Source: Lama guanicoe
Lineage: Eukaryota
Assembly: GCA_013239625.1 (NCBI GenBank)
Contig: MU054338.1
Span: 3,247,371 to 3,311,370 of the forward strand
DNA: 64,000 bases
Direction: 5' to 3'
Below the pieces are notes generated by a model. It saw only the letters and a list, made by a program, of their open reading frames with translations, did no database searches and was not told the origin of the DNA. The translations under genes were made by a program, and so were the position numbers. How positions within the stretch are numbered: the first letter of the stretch is position 1; every line of letters begins with the position of its first letter. Shown here piece by piece: positions 51,901 through 64,000 of the stretch.

Positions 51901-53264
51901 CGGCCCCGCCCACCCTGGGAAGGCTCCTGGGGTTGGAGGAAGTGTCTCCACTTGTCCTCCTCCTCGGGGCAGGGCCTGCGCTGGCAGCGTGCGGCCCAGC
52001 TCTGAGCAGAACGGCCCCCCTGCCTTCTCCCCGCGCCCTGTCTCTTTCTTACTCGCTCATTTACTTAATTGTCAGGATTTCTTCCTCCTCAGTATATTGC
52101 TTGGTTTGTTTCTCCAGATCTGGGAGCTTCTTCCCACTCTAAAGGCACACTCTAGCACACCCGTTTTTGTATCTGTGGGCACAGACGGGTGATGTCTGCA
52201 GGTTAATGAAAGATGTGCCTGCTGTGGGACTGTGGGGGCCGCCGTGACGGCACAGGCTGCGCGCACTTCCTCCTGGAGAGTTGGGACCAGGAGAGCTTTT
52301 TGTTTAATTAGATTAAACCATGCACCGAAGATCAGAGAAGAAAGTTGCCTTGGCCCACGTTGTAGGTGGGGAGGCTTGATACACTGTCTCGTTTGCCTCT
52401 GTCTGTTTTGACAAAGCCCGGACCATGGGAGTCCCGTGGCTGGTGATTTGTTTGTTCTCTGGGGCTTGTGGGGTACTTAGGTGGACGGATTGGGTGCTGA
52501 ACTAGGACACCCTCCTTTTAGTCTCCCAAGATTGTGGCTCATGCCACCATGTTCACGGGGATTTTGCCCCACGTGGCTTATTGAGGCTTCCGTGGCTGGC
52601 ACCCTGAGCCACTGGCACCTCCTGAGAGTGTGGCCCTGATCATCGTGGTCCCCAGGGATCGCACACTTGCTCTGGGGCCAGCGAAGGGGCTCTGGGAACG
52701 TGGGAGGACGTTGCTGAGCTTGGTCCCCAGTGATCCCCAGGGCCTGTCCTTCCCACACTCAGGTCTCCTGGGGCCGAGGCTCCGGAGGCAGGACCTCTGC
52801 CCCAGGGCCGTCAGGCAGCTTGCGGTTCATACCTCCCGGCTGCCCCCGTAGCTCAGTGCAAGTACGACGAGGTGTCAGCATCACACTCAGACTCAGCCTG
52901 TTGGATTGCTGCTCCACCGAGAAGATTCAGGCCAAGGTCGTTCGGGGAGGGGTGAGCGACCAGAAACGGCTCCGTTGGCATTGCTGGGGCTCCCGGCTGT
53001 GCCCGTGAGTCAGCCCTGCGACCAGAGGATGGCTCCGGGCTCTGTGCCGCAGGGCTCTGCCCACTGCTAAGCTGCGGGGAGGACGGGGGGTTGCAGACCA
53101 CTGCCTGTCACTTGGTTCCATTTCTGATTTTGTAGAAACTGCTTTCGTCTGAGTGAACGCAGGCAGACGCACTCACAGCAGCAGTGCCAGGTTGGAGGGA
53201 CTTTGTGATTGTTACTTATTTCTTTGCGTGGTGGCTGCGCAGTGGGTTTTTTACGTGGCATTTG

Positions 53265-53755
53265 CAGTGCCTGAATAGCGCCCGCCACCCCACCCCCCTG
53301 TGCCCACACCCTAACCTTGGAAACTGGGAAGATGCTCCCTTACCTGGTGAGAGGGCCTCTGTAGGTGGGATTAAATTAAAAATCTTGAGATGGGCAATCA
53401 CTCTGGTTATCTGGATGGTCTGATGTCATCACAAGGGTCCTTGTAAGAGGGAGGTAGGAGGGTCTGGATCAGGCAAGGAGACGTAGTGATGGAAGCAGAG
53501 GTCAGAGAAGAGAGTCAGAGGGAGACAGGAGATGCTGCACTGCTGGCGGTGAGGATGGAGGGGGGGACGCGAGTCCGGAATGTGGCGCCTCTAGAAGCTG
53601 GAAAAGGCAGGAGACCCACAGAGGAACCTCCAGAAGGAGCACAGCCCACAGGAGAGCTGGGTCGCACTTCTGGCCTCCAGAGCTCCAGGGTAAACTTGTG
53701 CTGACTCAGCCGCTAGGTTTGTGGGGCTTTGTCTCAGCCGTGGGAAACAAGGGCA
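53265..53755 (+). mobile_element. MLT1-type MaLR LTR
   Basis: ATCACAAGGGTCCTTGTAAGAGGGAGG, CTAGAAGCTGGAAAAGGCAGG, CCTCCAGAAGGA. Confidence 0.75.
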
Positions 53756-53989
53756 CAGGGCTATGGGCCATCTTTGTGCCTTCGGACTCGGGGCGTCGCT
53801 CAGATAAACGTTAGGATGGTCCCTGCGCTCGAGGCTGCCCCACCTCCCTGGTGCCCGCACAAGCCCCGTCCAGCCATGCTACCTCCCTCCTGGCTCTTGT
53901 CCATGCATTTCTACGTGGGCCCGTCTGACCTTGGCCTCCTGCCTTCTTGCCTCTGCCCCTCTTGTCCGTGTGGCCGCTTCAGTCTGTCC

Positions 53990-54605
53990 AGTTCTGTGGG
54001 GTCGTGTTGTCTGTGGGCTGCTCCTGGCTCGCCATCTCTCTGGCCTGTGCTCCCACAGCCTGGACTCTCCGATGACGTCCCCGTGGGAGCGAGTGTCAGG
54101 GCTTCCTCCCTTTCACGGCTGAGTGGCGTTCCCGTGCGTGGAGGGACCACAGTTTGTGTATCCGCTCAGTGTTGATGGACTCTTGGGTTGTTTCCACCTT
54201 TGGGCTGTTGTGGATCATGCCGCTGTGAACATTTGTGTACAAGGTTCCACTTCTTTTGGGTGTAGACCTGGGAGTGGAATTGCTGGATTGGGTGGTAAAT
54301 TCCACATTTAACTTTTGGGGGACTGTGGACTGCCTTCCATTTTATGTTCCCACCATCTGTGAGTCAGGGTTCTGATTTCCCCACATCCTCACCAACACTT
54401 GTGATTATCTGCCTTTTTATCCTAGCCATCCCCGTGGGGGTGAGGTGTGTCTCACTGGGGCTTAGATTTGCGTTTCCTGGATGCTAATCACGTTGAGCGT
54501 CTATCTCTTCATGTGCTTGTTGGCCATTTGTGTATCTTCTTTGGAGAAATGTCTTCATGTCCTTTGCCCTCTTTTTAGCTGTGCTATTTGTTTTTTACGA
54601 CTGAG
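53990..54605 (-). mobile_element. Old L1 fragment
   Basis: CCACATCCTCACCAACACTTG, GGCCATTTGTGTATCTTCTTTGGAGAAATGTCT. Confidence 0.75.
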
Positions 54606-56496
54606 TTGTCAGAGCCCTGCTCTTTCAGTGTGGCTCTGTCTGGTGAAGAGCGCATCTCTCTTTCTGGACTGTTCCGCCAGTTCCCTCATGGGGGTTCCTC
54701 TGTCCCCCTGTGTTGCCAGGAAACCTGAAGATTCACCTGGGCTGGATCTCAGTCAGATTGCTTTTGTTATTTTTAAGTATGTGCACATATGATTTTTATT
54801 TGCCCTCCTTCAAGAAATGTGTCAAGGGTTATAGATTAGGATTATAAAGGGTTTTAATTATCTTCTTTATATTTACATTCTGAAAACTTCATTGCAAGGG
54901 CACGCATAGGAGAGAAGAAAGCCCACACACAGTCCGCTGCCGAGCTGAGCTGGATGGCGGTGGTGGATGGAGGAAGGCGGCGATTCTTGCCTGCTGGACG
55001 CGCAGAAAACTCTCCCTGCTGTCTCATCACCTGCTTCCCCCACCCCCTCATGGACAGTGTGTCTCCGCAGCGATATTTGATGAGAGAGCCATGCGGGCAG
55101 GACCCCGGGGCCGTCCCAGCTCTGCCCGAGACAAGCTGGTCTTGGGGAGAAGCCCGTGTCCCCGTCCCCTGTAGGCTCACGTGAACCAGTCCTGGAGGAG
55201 AGGCAGTCGGCTGGGACTGGACTGGGACCAGGACCGGGACCGGCTGAGCCAAGATGAGAGCTGCTGGCGTGGGTGGTCCTGGTACCTGTCACCCAGCGGG
55301 TGGGAGCGAGTGGGAGTCGCAGGCAGGGTCAGCGCAAGGCTGAGCCAGTGGATGTGGAAGATCTTGGACTGGGGCGGTGGGAGCACGAGGAAGGCTGGCG
55401 ATCAGTGACTGTGGCTGGCCCTCTGTCCTGTTCCTGCTCTGTCTTGTCCCTGGTCCCCCCACTGCAGGAGGCCTCCCACTGCCCCCTGCCCCCCACCCAG
55501 TGGCCCCTCCACACCCAGCTCGGTTCCATCCCGATGTTCCCCGGAGTATCGGGGTCAGGCCTTCCCCCTACTCCTGGGCCTCCAGCTCCCACAGGATGGG
55601 GGAGGCCTTGTCTGGGTGGGAGGGGACAGGGTGGCTGGGCTGGGGTTCTGGTGGGTTGAGTGGGGGGTGACAGACGGAGACTCAGGTCCTGGGCCCTGGA
55701 TGTGGGCGAGGGGCTGGCTGTGGGTGGCCTGGTGGTCCGTCTCAAGGGCAGGTCATCCTGGCCATAGCCCGAGCCCTCTGGTGCCTGCTACTCTGGAGAG
55801 GGTTGGTGATGACCCAGCCTCTTGATAAGCCCGTGCTTTCTTGGTGGTTCCCAGTGATCCCGCCTTGGCTGCCGTACCCCTGGGAGCTGCCCTGCGCGTC
55901 CTGGGCTTGGGGTGGCCGGGGGCAGGGCCCGAACGGGGTGCCTGGGTCTGTCCCCGGTAACTGCTCACCCCAGTGGCCGTTCCTGGGCTTATGCTGCCCT
56001 CTAGTGCCCGCCGCGGGGAGCACCTTTGGGGAGCTGGCCACTTCTCAGCAACGTGGACCCGCAACTCCCCACTCCGGGACTGGAGGCTTCCTGCCTTCCT
56101 CACTCCCCAGCTCACTTTGGTATAGAGGGAGGTGGACTTGGTTAACTTGTCCTCCACGTTCTCAGGTCCGTGTGCGCTTGGGTTCTGACCTTTCCCAAAT
56201 CCTGGAGGGAGTCTGGTCTTCTTGCGTCTTTTTGGAAAATCAAATCTGCCAACAGGGACCCATCCCCAGGGTCTGTCCCCCAAGCCCCTTCCTGATTGAG
56301 GTAGGCTGCCAGCCACCCTGCTGGGTCCCCGTAAGCCTTGGGACAGGAGGAGCCGCTCCAGCCTGCAGCCTTAGCGGTGGGAGGAGCCCGATTCCCCCGC
56401 CCTTCTGGTGCTGGCAGTGATTGGTGGGCCGGGCAGACCCACCATGCCTTCCCTTCTGTGCAGAAACATCCAGACATGGTTTTGTCCCAGGGCGAC

Positions 56497-56548
56497 TTGG
56501 TGGGAAACAAGCCATTCTGGCCGGGCCTTCTGCTGCCTTGGTTTCAGA
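56497..56548 (+). repeat. 52-nt direct repeat, copy 1
   Basis: 51/52 identical to 58692-58743. Confidence 0.92.
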
Positions 56549-57064
56549 TTCTGGTCTCGGGCTGCCCATGGCTCACGGGGGTCTGGGCTCGCTCACAGCA
56601 GCCGGGCCGGGACTGGAGCAACCCACGAGCTGCTCAGCTGCTCACGAGGCCCTGCCCGAGTAGGGGCTCGCACACGGCCTCACTTCCCTTCCCAGCCCGT
56701 CCTGCGCTGCTGCCTCTGGGTCCCTGCTCCAAGGTAGAGGCGTCGACCTGAAGCTGATGCTGGCAAATCTGGATGAGGCCCTGAAAGGAAAACTTTCATT
56801 TCTGAGGCCCCTTGTTTGAAGTGAGGGTCTGGCTTCCAGCATCCGTGGGCTCATAGAACGGGGCCACCTCTGTTTGTAATTGGTTGAAGTAATTTGGTCC
56901 TCTTTGCAAGCGCTGAAGTGGGCCTCAGGCTCCCCTCTCCCCTCTCAGCTACGCGGCCTCTGGGTATCTCCAGGGGAGAAGGGAGCGGGCCCGTGGAGGC
57001 GGTGCAGACACGCTCATTCTCTCTTGTCTCCCTTGCAGGTGTGGCCCGTCCCTCAGCTGCAGCC

Positions 57065-57205
57065 ATGGGGTCTGAGGATCACGGGGCCCAGAACCCGAGT
57101 TGTAAAATCATGACCTTCCGCCCAACCATGGAGGAGTTTAAGGACTTCAACAAATACGTGGCCTACATCGAGTCCCAGGGAGCCCACCGGGCGGGCCTGG
57201 CCAAG
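57065..57205 (+). CDS. KDM4B: KDM4B first coding exon (exon begins at 57039; JmjN domain)
   Basis: Kozak [60 protein letters not shown]|gtgggt donor. Confidence 0.97.
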
Positions 57206-57649
57206 GTGGGTGACGCCCTGGGGGAGTGGATGCCAGGGAGGGCTTACATTTTGTGTTTATGTTCCTAGTTAAAACATTTTTGAGACTGTAAAGCCTGTGT
57301 GGGGCAAATTCAAACAGCGCGATGGGGCAGAGAGGGAAACCCCAGCCCCTCTGCCTGAGCAGCACCGCGCCAAGCCCTTGGTCTCCTCCCATGGCACATC
57401 ACGTGGACGAGTGCACGCGTGTGTGCGTGTGTGAATGCAGACAGCTCGCCTGTGTCGCTTTTACCAGGGGTGCTCCTGTGCACGGAGCAGGTCCTGGAGA
57501 CAGGCGCCGAGTTTCTTTGCATTTCCGTGAACGTGTGTGTGAGGCTTTGCTCAGCAGATAACCTGGAGATTTGGAACCTGTTTTGGGTTCTTCTGGTGGC
57601 TTCCTGTGTGACTGTCACTTATCTGAGACACCCAGTTCTCTGTTATTTA

Positions 57650-57960
57650 AGCTGGGCATCTGTAAACTTTTTCTGCCAAGAGCCAGATAATCAATCTTTT
57701 CAGCCTCTTGGGCTGGATGGTCTGTCGCCACCACTCAGCTCTGAGGCTGTAGACGGCCCAACACCCCACAGGCGTGGCTGTGTGCCGTGAACTTGACTTA
57801 TAGGCACCAAAATGTGCATTTCATGGAATTTTCACTTGTCCTGAAATAGGCTGTTATTTCCCTCCAACCATTTGAAAACGAAAAAAAGAAAAAGAACACT
57901 GGCTTTAGCTCTTGGGCTGGACGAAAGCAGGAGGCCGGTGGCCTTGCTCTGTCCCCCACA
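57650..57960 (+). mobile_element. MER58B-like DNA transposon
   Basis: AAACTTTTTCTGCCAAGAGCCAGATA, TTTCATGGAATTTTCAC, CAACCATTTGAAAACG. Confidence 0.6.
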
Positions 57961-58691
57961 GTGACCGCCTATGTCCGGGAGTGGGAGGCCAAGGCTGCTG
58001 GCCTTCCTCCCTAACCTGCCCTGCCCAGTGGGGCTGCTTGTGTGATGTCCGTGCCTCTAATCTAAGCCGCGCAGATGAGGAGAGCCTGGGCCCGTGGCAT
58101 CTTCCGTCCCCTCCCCTTGGTTTTGGTCCCTTGTGCCCGTGACAGCACAGACCCAGCAGAACATTCCATCGGGGTCTGGAGTTGTGGCTCTGGACCCCCA
58201 GGTCTGGGGTTCTTGCAGGTTCAGAGCCCCTGTTTGGGGCTTGATCGATTGGCTGGTGTCAGTCTTTGGGTGACCCTTTCCTGCCGCCCCTGCCCGTCGC
58301 AGGTGCCCCAGCTGGTGAGGGGAGACTCAGGCCAGATGCGTTGGTGGGGGCGGCTCCTGTGACTGGAAGGTCTCCTGTCTCTGACCTACTTCCGTGTTTG
58401 CCAGCGTGCAGCTGCTGTTCTGTGTTGGAATCTTGTTACCATAATGGAGTGCCCCATCAGCTGCACCTGTGAATTCCCGGCACCCTCCCCTCCTTCCTCC
58501 TCCGTCATCTCCGGCTCCGGCATCTTCTTTGGGTGCAGCCTCGCATGTGTTGTGACCGCGGCACCCCTGCCATCCACACCTCTACTCTGCCGCTGCCCTT
58601 TTCCTTCTCCTGTGCCGCCTCCTGCCCCTCCCATGAGCCCCGCGTCTCCGCTGTGAGCTCTGAGTGCCCGAGGACCACTTTCCTGCTTGCT

Positions 58692-58743
58692 TTGGTGGGA
58701 AACAAGCCATTCTGGCCGGGCCTTCTGCTGTCTTGGTTTCAGA
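58692..58743 (+). repeat. 52-nt direct repeat, copy 2
   Basis: 51/52 identical to 56497-56548. Confidence 0.92.
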
Positions 58744-60392
58744 CTTGCATTGTTAGGAACCCGTTGGGACTGGATGTTTCTGTGAGGCAGATGTTTTCAG
58801 GGCATATTTTCTTTCTGTCCTTAGTTTGCATGTTCCTTTTCAGTCTTCTCAAGTGGTGTTTTATTTGCTGTTTTCTCTTTGATGTGGGAAATTCTCTCTG
58901 GAAGGGCTGGGTTGGAGTGGGCACAGGCTTCTGGGTGATGGCAGGCAGGAGCAGCTCCCCCGCCATTGCCAAGAAAGAGATGCTGCGGTGCAGTCGCACA
59001 GTCGACACACGCATGGGCATGCACTCTGCTCCCGCCTGGCAGGACAGGGTGCCGGTGCCACTAGTCCCTCAGCCACCTCCCTGCCACTGTGGGGACAGAC
59101 AGGTCCAGGGAGACACGTACCACGGCCTTCAGCACCCCCACTTCGTTTCGACAAGGGCCCTAGGCCCTCAGGGCTGCCAGCCTCTTTGGATAAGGGACGC
59201 AGGGCCTGGAGCAAGTTCTATAGCCTGGGCGTCCCCTTCACCCTGGTCTCTCGGCCTTGACTGCCCTTCTGCTGTGTGTGTGGGGGTATGGTGTTAGGGT
59301 TTCTTTTTCCATCAAAGCTGCTTTTGATGCCCCCCCAATGAAAGCTCTGTCAGGCCCTAGGCAGCTGGGTAGGGGTGGGCGCTTGGCAGGGGCGGGCGGG
59401 CCGGGGCCCGGAGCTAGACACGACTCTGGGCGTGTGGGGTCCCCACGGGCGCCGTTGGGGCGGCTGGTCATGTTTCTTGGCGGCTTTGCGTGTGCTCTGG
59501 GAGCCTGTTCCCAGGTGGGTCTCTGGCCCCTGCAGGCCAGGGCTGGGCCTCGCAGGCTGCTTGGGAGGTGCTGAGGTGGGGGGGAGCCAGGGAGGGGCAT
59601 GGCGTGGGGGAATGGTGGGCCGATGGGCCATGGGGGGTCCTGGGGGAGTGGTCACGGGGCTTTGTGCCCTCAGTGCCTGTGGACGGTCCCTGTAGCCAGG
59701 CGATGCCCTGGCGCCTCTCAGCAGCCGGGTCTGCCACCTGCAGAACGGCTTTGAGTCCCTGACCAGCTGGACGTGGCCCTCCGTTCCCATGGCCTTTCCA
59801 GAATCTGCTTAGCATGTGCCCCGGAAGGTGCGGTTCCCACATGTGAACCAGGCATCTAGTGTGTCTGCGGGCTCCTCCCTGGTCTCCAGATGTCACACAG
59901 CAGAGCCTGTGGGAATGTGAATGGGCCCAGCGCTCTACCTGGAGAGCAGGGGCTGGGCAGCGTCCTGTTCATCCTGCAGTCCGGGATTGTGAGGGCCCTT
60001 CTCCAGCAGACCTGGGGTGGGCCAGCCCCTGGGGTGCCAGAGCCGGTCCGGGGTCTATGCACTTTCTCCCAGGAGGAGTCTCAGGCTTTTCGGTGAAGAG
60101 GAGACATCAGCCACGTGGTGGAAAAGCAGCTCAGGGCCACGAATCCCTCCACATACAACCCGTTTTCCTGCAAGAACATCCCATATCCTGGAGGTCCAGG
60201 CTCTCTTTCTTTGATTTTTTGCATTTCCAGCCATGAGTATTTTCGTTCATCATCTGACTCTTTTTTTCGCTGGGAATCTAAGAAAACCATCGACCGTCAG
60301 GCTGACCCCAGCACTCTGTTGTCACCCCGGGCACCCATGGTGTGACTGAATAGCTGTATCCTCCGGGAGGGACTCATCCCCATTTAACTCTA

Positions 60393-60606
60393 AATGAGGG
60401 TCCCCCTGGGCTCTGCTGACAGTGGGGGCTGATCATTCTCTGTGGGGGCATCCTGGGCACTGGAGGGTGTGGAGCAGCATCCTTGGCCCTACCCACTCGA
60501 TGCCAGGAGATCCCCCCTTCGTGATGACCACGTATGTCCCCAGGTACCACCTGGTGTCCCCTGGGGGGCAGGACTGCCCTGGTGAGGAGCCCCATGGCTG
60601 CCACTG
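60393..60606 (-). mobile_element. MER20-like DNA transposon
   Basis: AGCAGCATCCTTGGCCCTACCCACTCGATGCCAG, TGTCCCCTGGGGGGCA. Confidence 0.7.
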
Positions 60607-61690
60607 ATGTTACTTCTGTATGTAAATGGGGTGGAGCCCCAGGCGTGCTGGCAGCGGGCAGTGCCCACTGTCTGCAGGCTCCTGGAGAGTAAGTGTTTTG
60701 GTTGCCAAGCGAAACGTTTCCTTGTACCAGTGTGACAGTGGGGTCCTTGGGAGGGCAAGTGAACTTCAGCTGCCCTGGAAGCCGTTGGCAAAATCAGCAC
60801 CGTGTTCGTCCCTCATGGCCCTGAGCTGTGTGAGGGTTCAGCTACCCCAGGGTGCTTGGCTGATGCACCAGAAATGGTTCCTTTTCCCAGAGCTGTGGGG
60901 TGGCCCCGCTGGGTGCCCTAGAAAGTGGTTTGGGGCTTGCAAACACCCACCCAGGCCCTGTGGGGCCTGCACAGAGGTCGCCTCCTACTGGTGGAGAGGA
61001 AACTGGATGGGTTAAGTCCATTCCCAAGGGTCCAGCCTTCCTGGGGGGGGCGGGTTGGGGCAGGGCTGCTGTGGGGCAGGGGTGTGGGGAGCTGCAGAGG
61101 GACCTTCTCAGGCCTCCTCCCACTTGAAATTGTCACCCTCTGGCCTCTGGACAGCTCACTCAGCCCTGCTTTGTCCTTTATCCTTAGGACTTGGAACCTG
61201 TTACCTTCCTGCAGTTTCCTCAGCTCTTGCCAAGATTTATGTAATGCTCCCTCCAGTCAGGACTTGGGCCCTCAGGGACCTTTGTCTTCCCAGCACCTAG
61301 AGCTGTGATCAGCCCCAGCCGGTGTCAACCGAATGGGGCTCCTGGAGCGAGTGTGCACCGCAGTGCTTGTCTCTGCTCTGGGGCCTCCTCCGCATGGGGT
61401 CCTGAGCCAGGCACGTGGTGACCAGACGGAGTGGTGGCAGAGCCCGAGCCCCAGGCACCATTGCCCACAGCCCATCCCACTTCTGTCTGCCCACTTAGTG
61501 ACCACGCAGAGACCTGTCGGGTCGGCCTCTGGTTCTGGGGGCTGCTTCCAGCTTTCCAGGCCCTGGCCCTACGCAGAGGTGGGCCCAGCCCTGCACAAGC
61601 AGGTGGTGCCAAGGTCAGCCTGGCCCCGGACCTCCTGAGAGCATGGTGTAGTGGACACATGCTGCCGGGCGCCTGGTCCTGAGCAGCTGA

Positions 61691-62089
<399 letters not shown>

Positions 62090-62580
62090 TGACCCGGGGC
62101 CACAACGTCCACCTCGCGCTGCTCTCAGCGCTGACTGCGAGGCCCACGCTCCAGGACTCGTCCTCGTCCCCTTCCCTGGGGTGCCCCCCACCCCCCAGTG
62201 TCTGCTCTGACGGCATCTCCTCATAGAAGGGCTCTCTGGCGCGTCACCCCGAGTGCCGCTTCCTGATTCAGTACAGCGCACGTGGGCACACACGGGGACA
62301 CACCACCGTTCACTCCCTGCTGTCTGTCGCTCCCAGCCTCCCTTGCTCACTGGGATCATCTGTGCGTGTCTGGGAGTCTCTGCTCTCACACAAACGTCCT
62401 GGGACAGCAGGCTCGTCTGCCCCTCACACGCTGTCCCCGGCCCGCATGGTGCGCTGCCCGCGGTCGGTGCTGTGGGCGTCTGCGGAGCCGCGGAAGGACA
62501 AGAACTGTCAGAACCCGCTGCCCTCCTCCTGCTCCCAGTCCCTGGCTTGTGGTCCGATCTGGGCACCCCAGGCCGGGTAG

Positions 62581-62988
<408 letters not shown>

Positions 62989-64000
62989 TAGGGTGACGGG
63001 AAAGCTCAGCTGGGCCTCTGTGTGGGACCTGGTTACAGCCGTGGGCCAAGCTTAGGAGGCAAGGAAGGAACCCGGTGGTTTGCAGAGTCTTTGCTGCCTG
63101 ATCGCAGCGCGGCCCCTGCCCTGGTCCGGCGTCCCTCGCTCGGCAGCGGGCCTAGCAGCCTGGCCACAGAGCGGTTTTCAGAAGATGGCATTCCCTCCCT
63201 TCTCCCAGGGGCCTTCGAATTCTCGGTTGTCCCAGTGCTTTTCTTCTTGAGTTTCTTTCACTCCATCTTCCTGGAGACCTGGGAGCCCGAGTTCTCAGCT
63301 GGCTGGACTGCCCCTGGGTCCTCCACGTCCAGTCCCTGTGCTGTGCTGGGGGGGCCCTGGAGACACCTGGGAGAGCAGGACGGGGTGCCTGACCCCTCGG
63401 CCTGCAGGCCTGTGCTGTCTGTGGCCTGTCCAAAGGCGAGTCCGGCCCTGCTCGAGGCTTGATGCCGAGGCCCCGGAAGGTGCTGGTGTTAAGCAGAGGG
63501 AGGTCTGAGCGGGGCCGTGTTTTCAAGGGATGGTTTAACATTGGGGGACCTCTGATAACCTCCAGTGGATCTACTGGGGTTAATTTCCAACCTCCGAAGC
63601 CTACCTCTGTCCTGGGTGTGTTCTGCATGGGAAGCGTCTGGGCTGAGATCTGGCCTCTCCACTCCCCGGGGGGCCCCTCTGCCTCCTGGCACCCCCACAC
63701 CAAGGCCCTGTGAAGGTGGTCTCTGGTCGGAACACTTATCGACTCAACCCTGCTCTCTCGTGCTCTGGGCACCATGTGGTCTCGAGTGGGTGGGCAATAA
63801 AGCTGCTCATCCCAGCTTGTGGCTCTGCTGCCCGGTTTATGAATTGTGACTTCTAAGAAGGGAATTTGACCCCAACAGCCTGACGGGGTGGGAGAACTGA
63901 AGTTCACGTGCTCTTGTGTGGGATGGGTTTGAAGTCAGATGCCTGATTATCATTTTCCATGGAGAGTTTTGGAAAGTTTGAGCTAGTTGGATTGGTTTGT

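Noticed and set aside
49901..57064. N-terminal extension or AUG uORF in the KDM4B 5' UTR
   Set aside because: No ATG in the predicted UTR exons, and an in-frame TGA near the end of exon 2 closes the main frame.

Overview
Mammalian genomic DNA, most likely a camelid (about ten copies of a tRNA-derived SINE resembling Vic-1). Two chromatin genes lie in tandem on the + strand. The first is the 3' part of UHRF1: 12 coding exons from the end of the tandem Tudor domain through PHD, SRA, linker and RING, stop at 14646, 3' UTR to about 15935. About 5.5 kb later, KDM4B begins: CpG-island promoter near 21430, two non-coding exons, and three coding exons (JmjN and following). All coding exons have GT-AG ends and join in frame. 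The introns hold L1 fragments (mostly antisense), SINEs, MaLR LTRs and DNA transposons; repeat family names and boundaries are by-eye estimates, and comparisons with human or mouse are from memory. I find no new multi-gene system. The most unusual object is a 127-nt tailless 28S rRNA retro-insertion at 44177-44303. It is circularly permuted, terminally redundant and flanked by a target-site duplication, as expected from reverse transcription of a small circular (or end-juxtaposed) rRNA helix.
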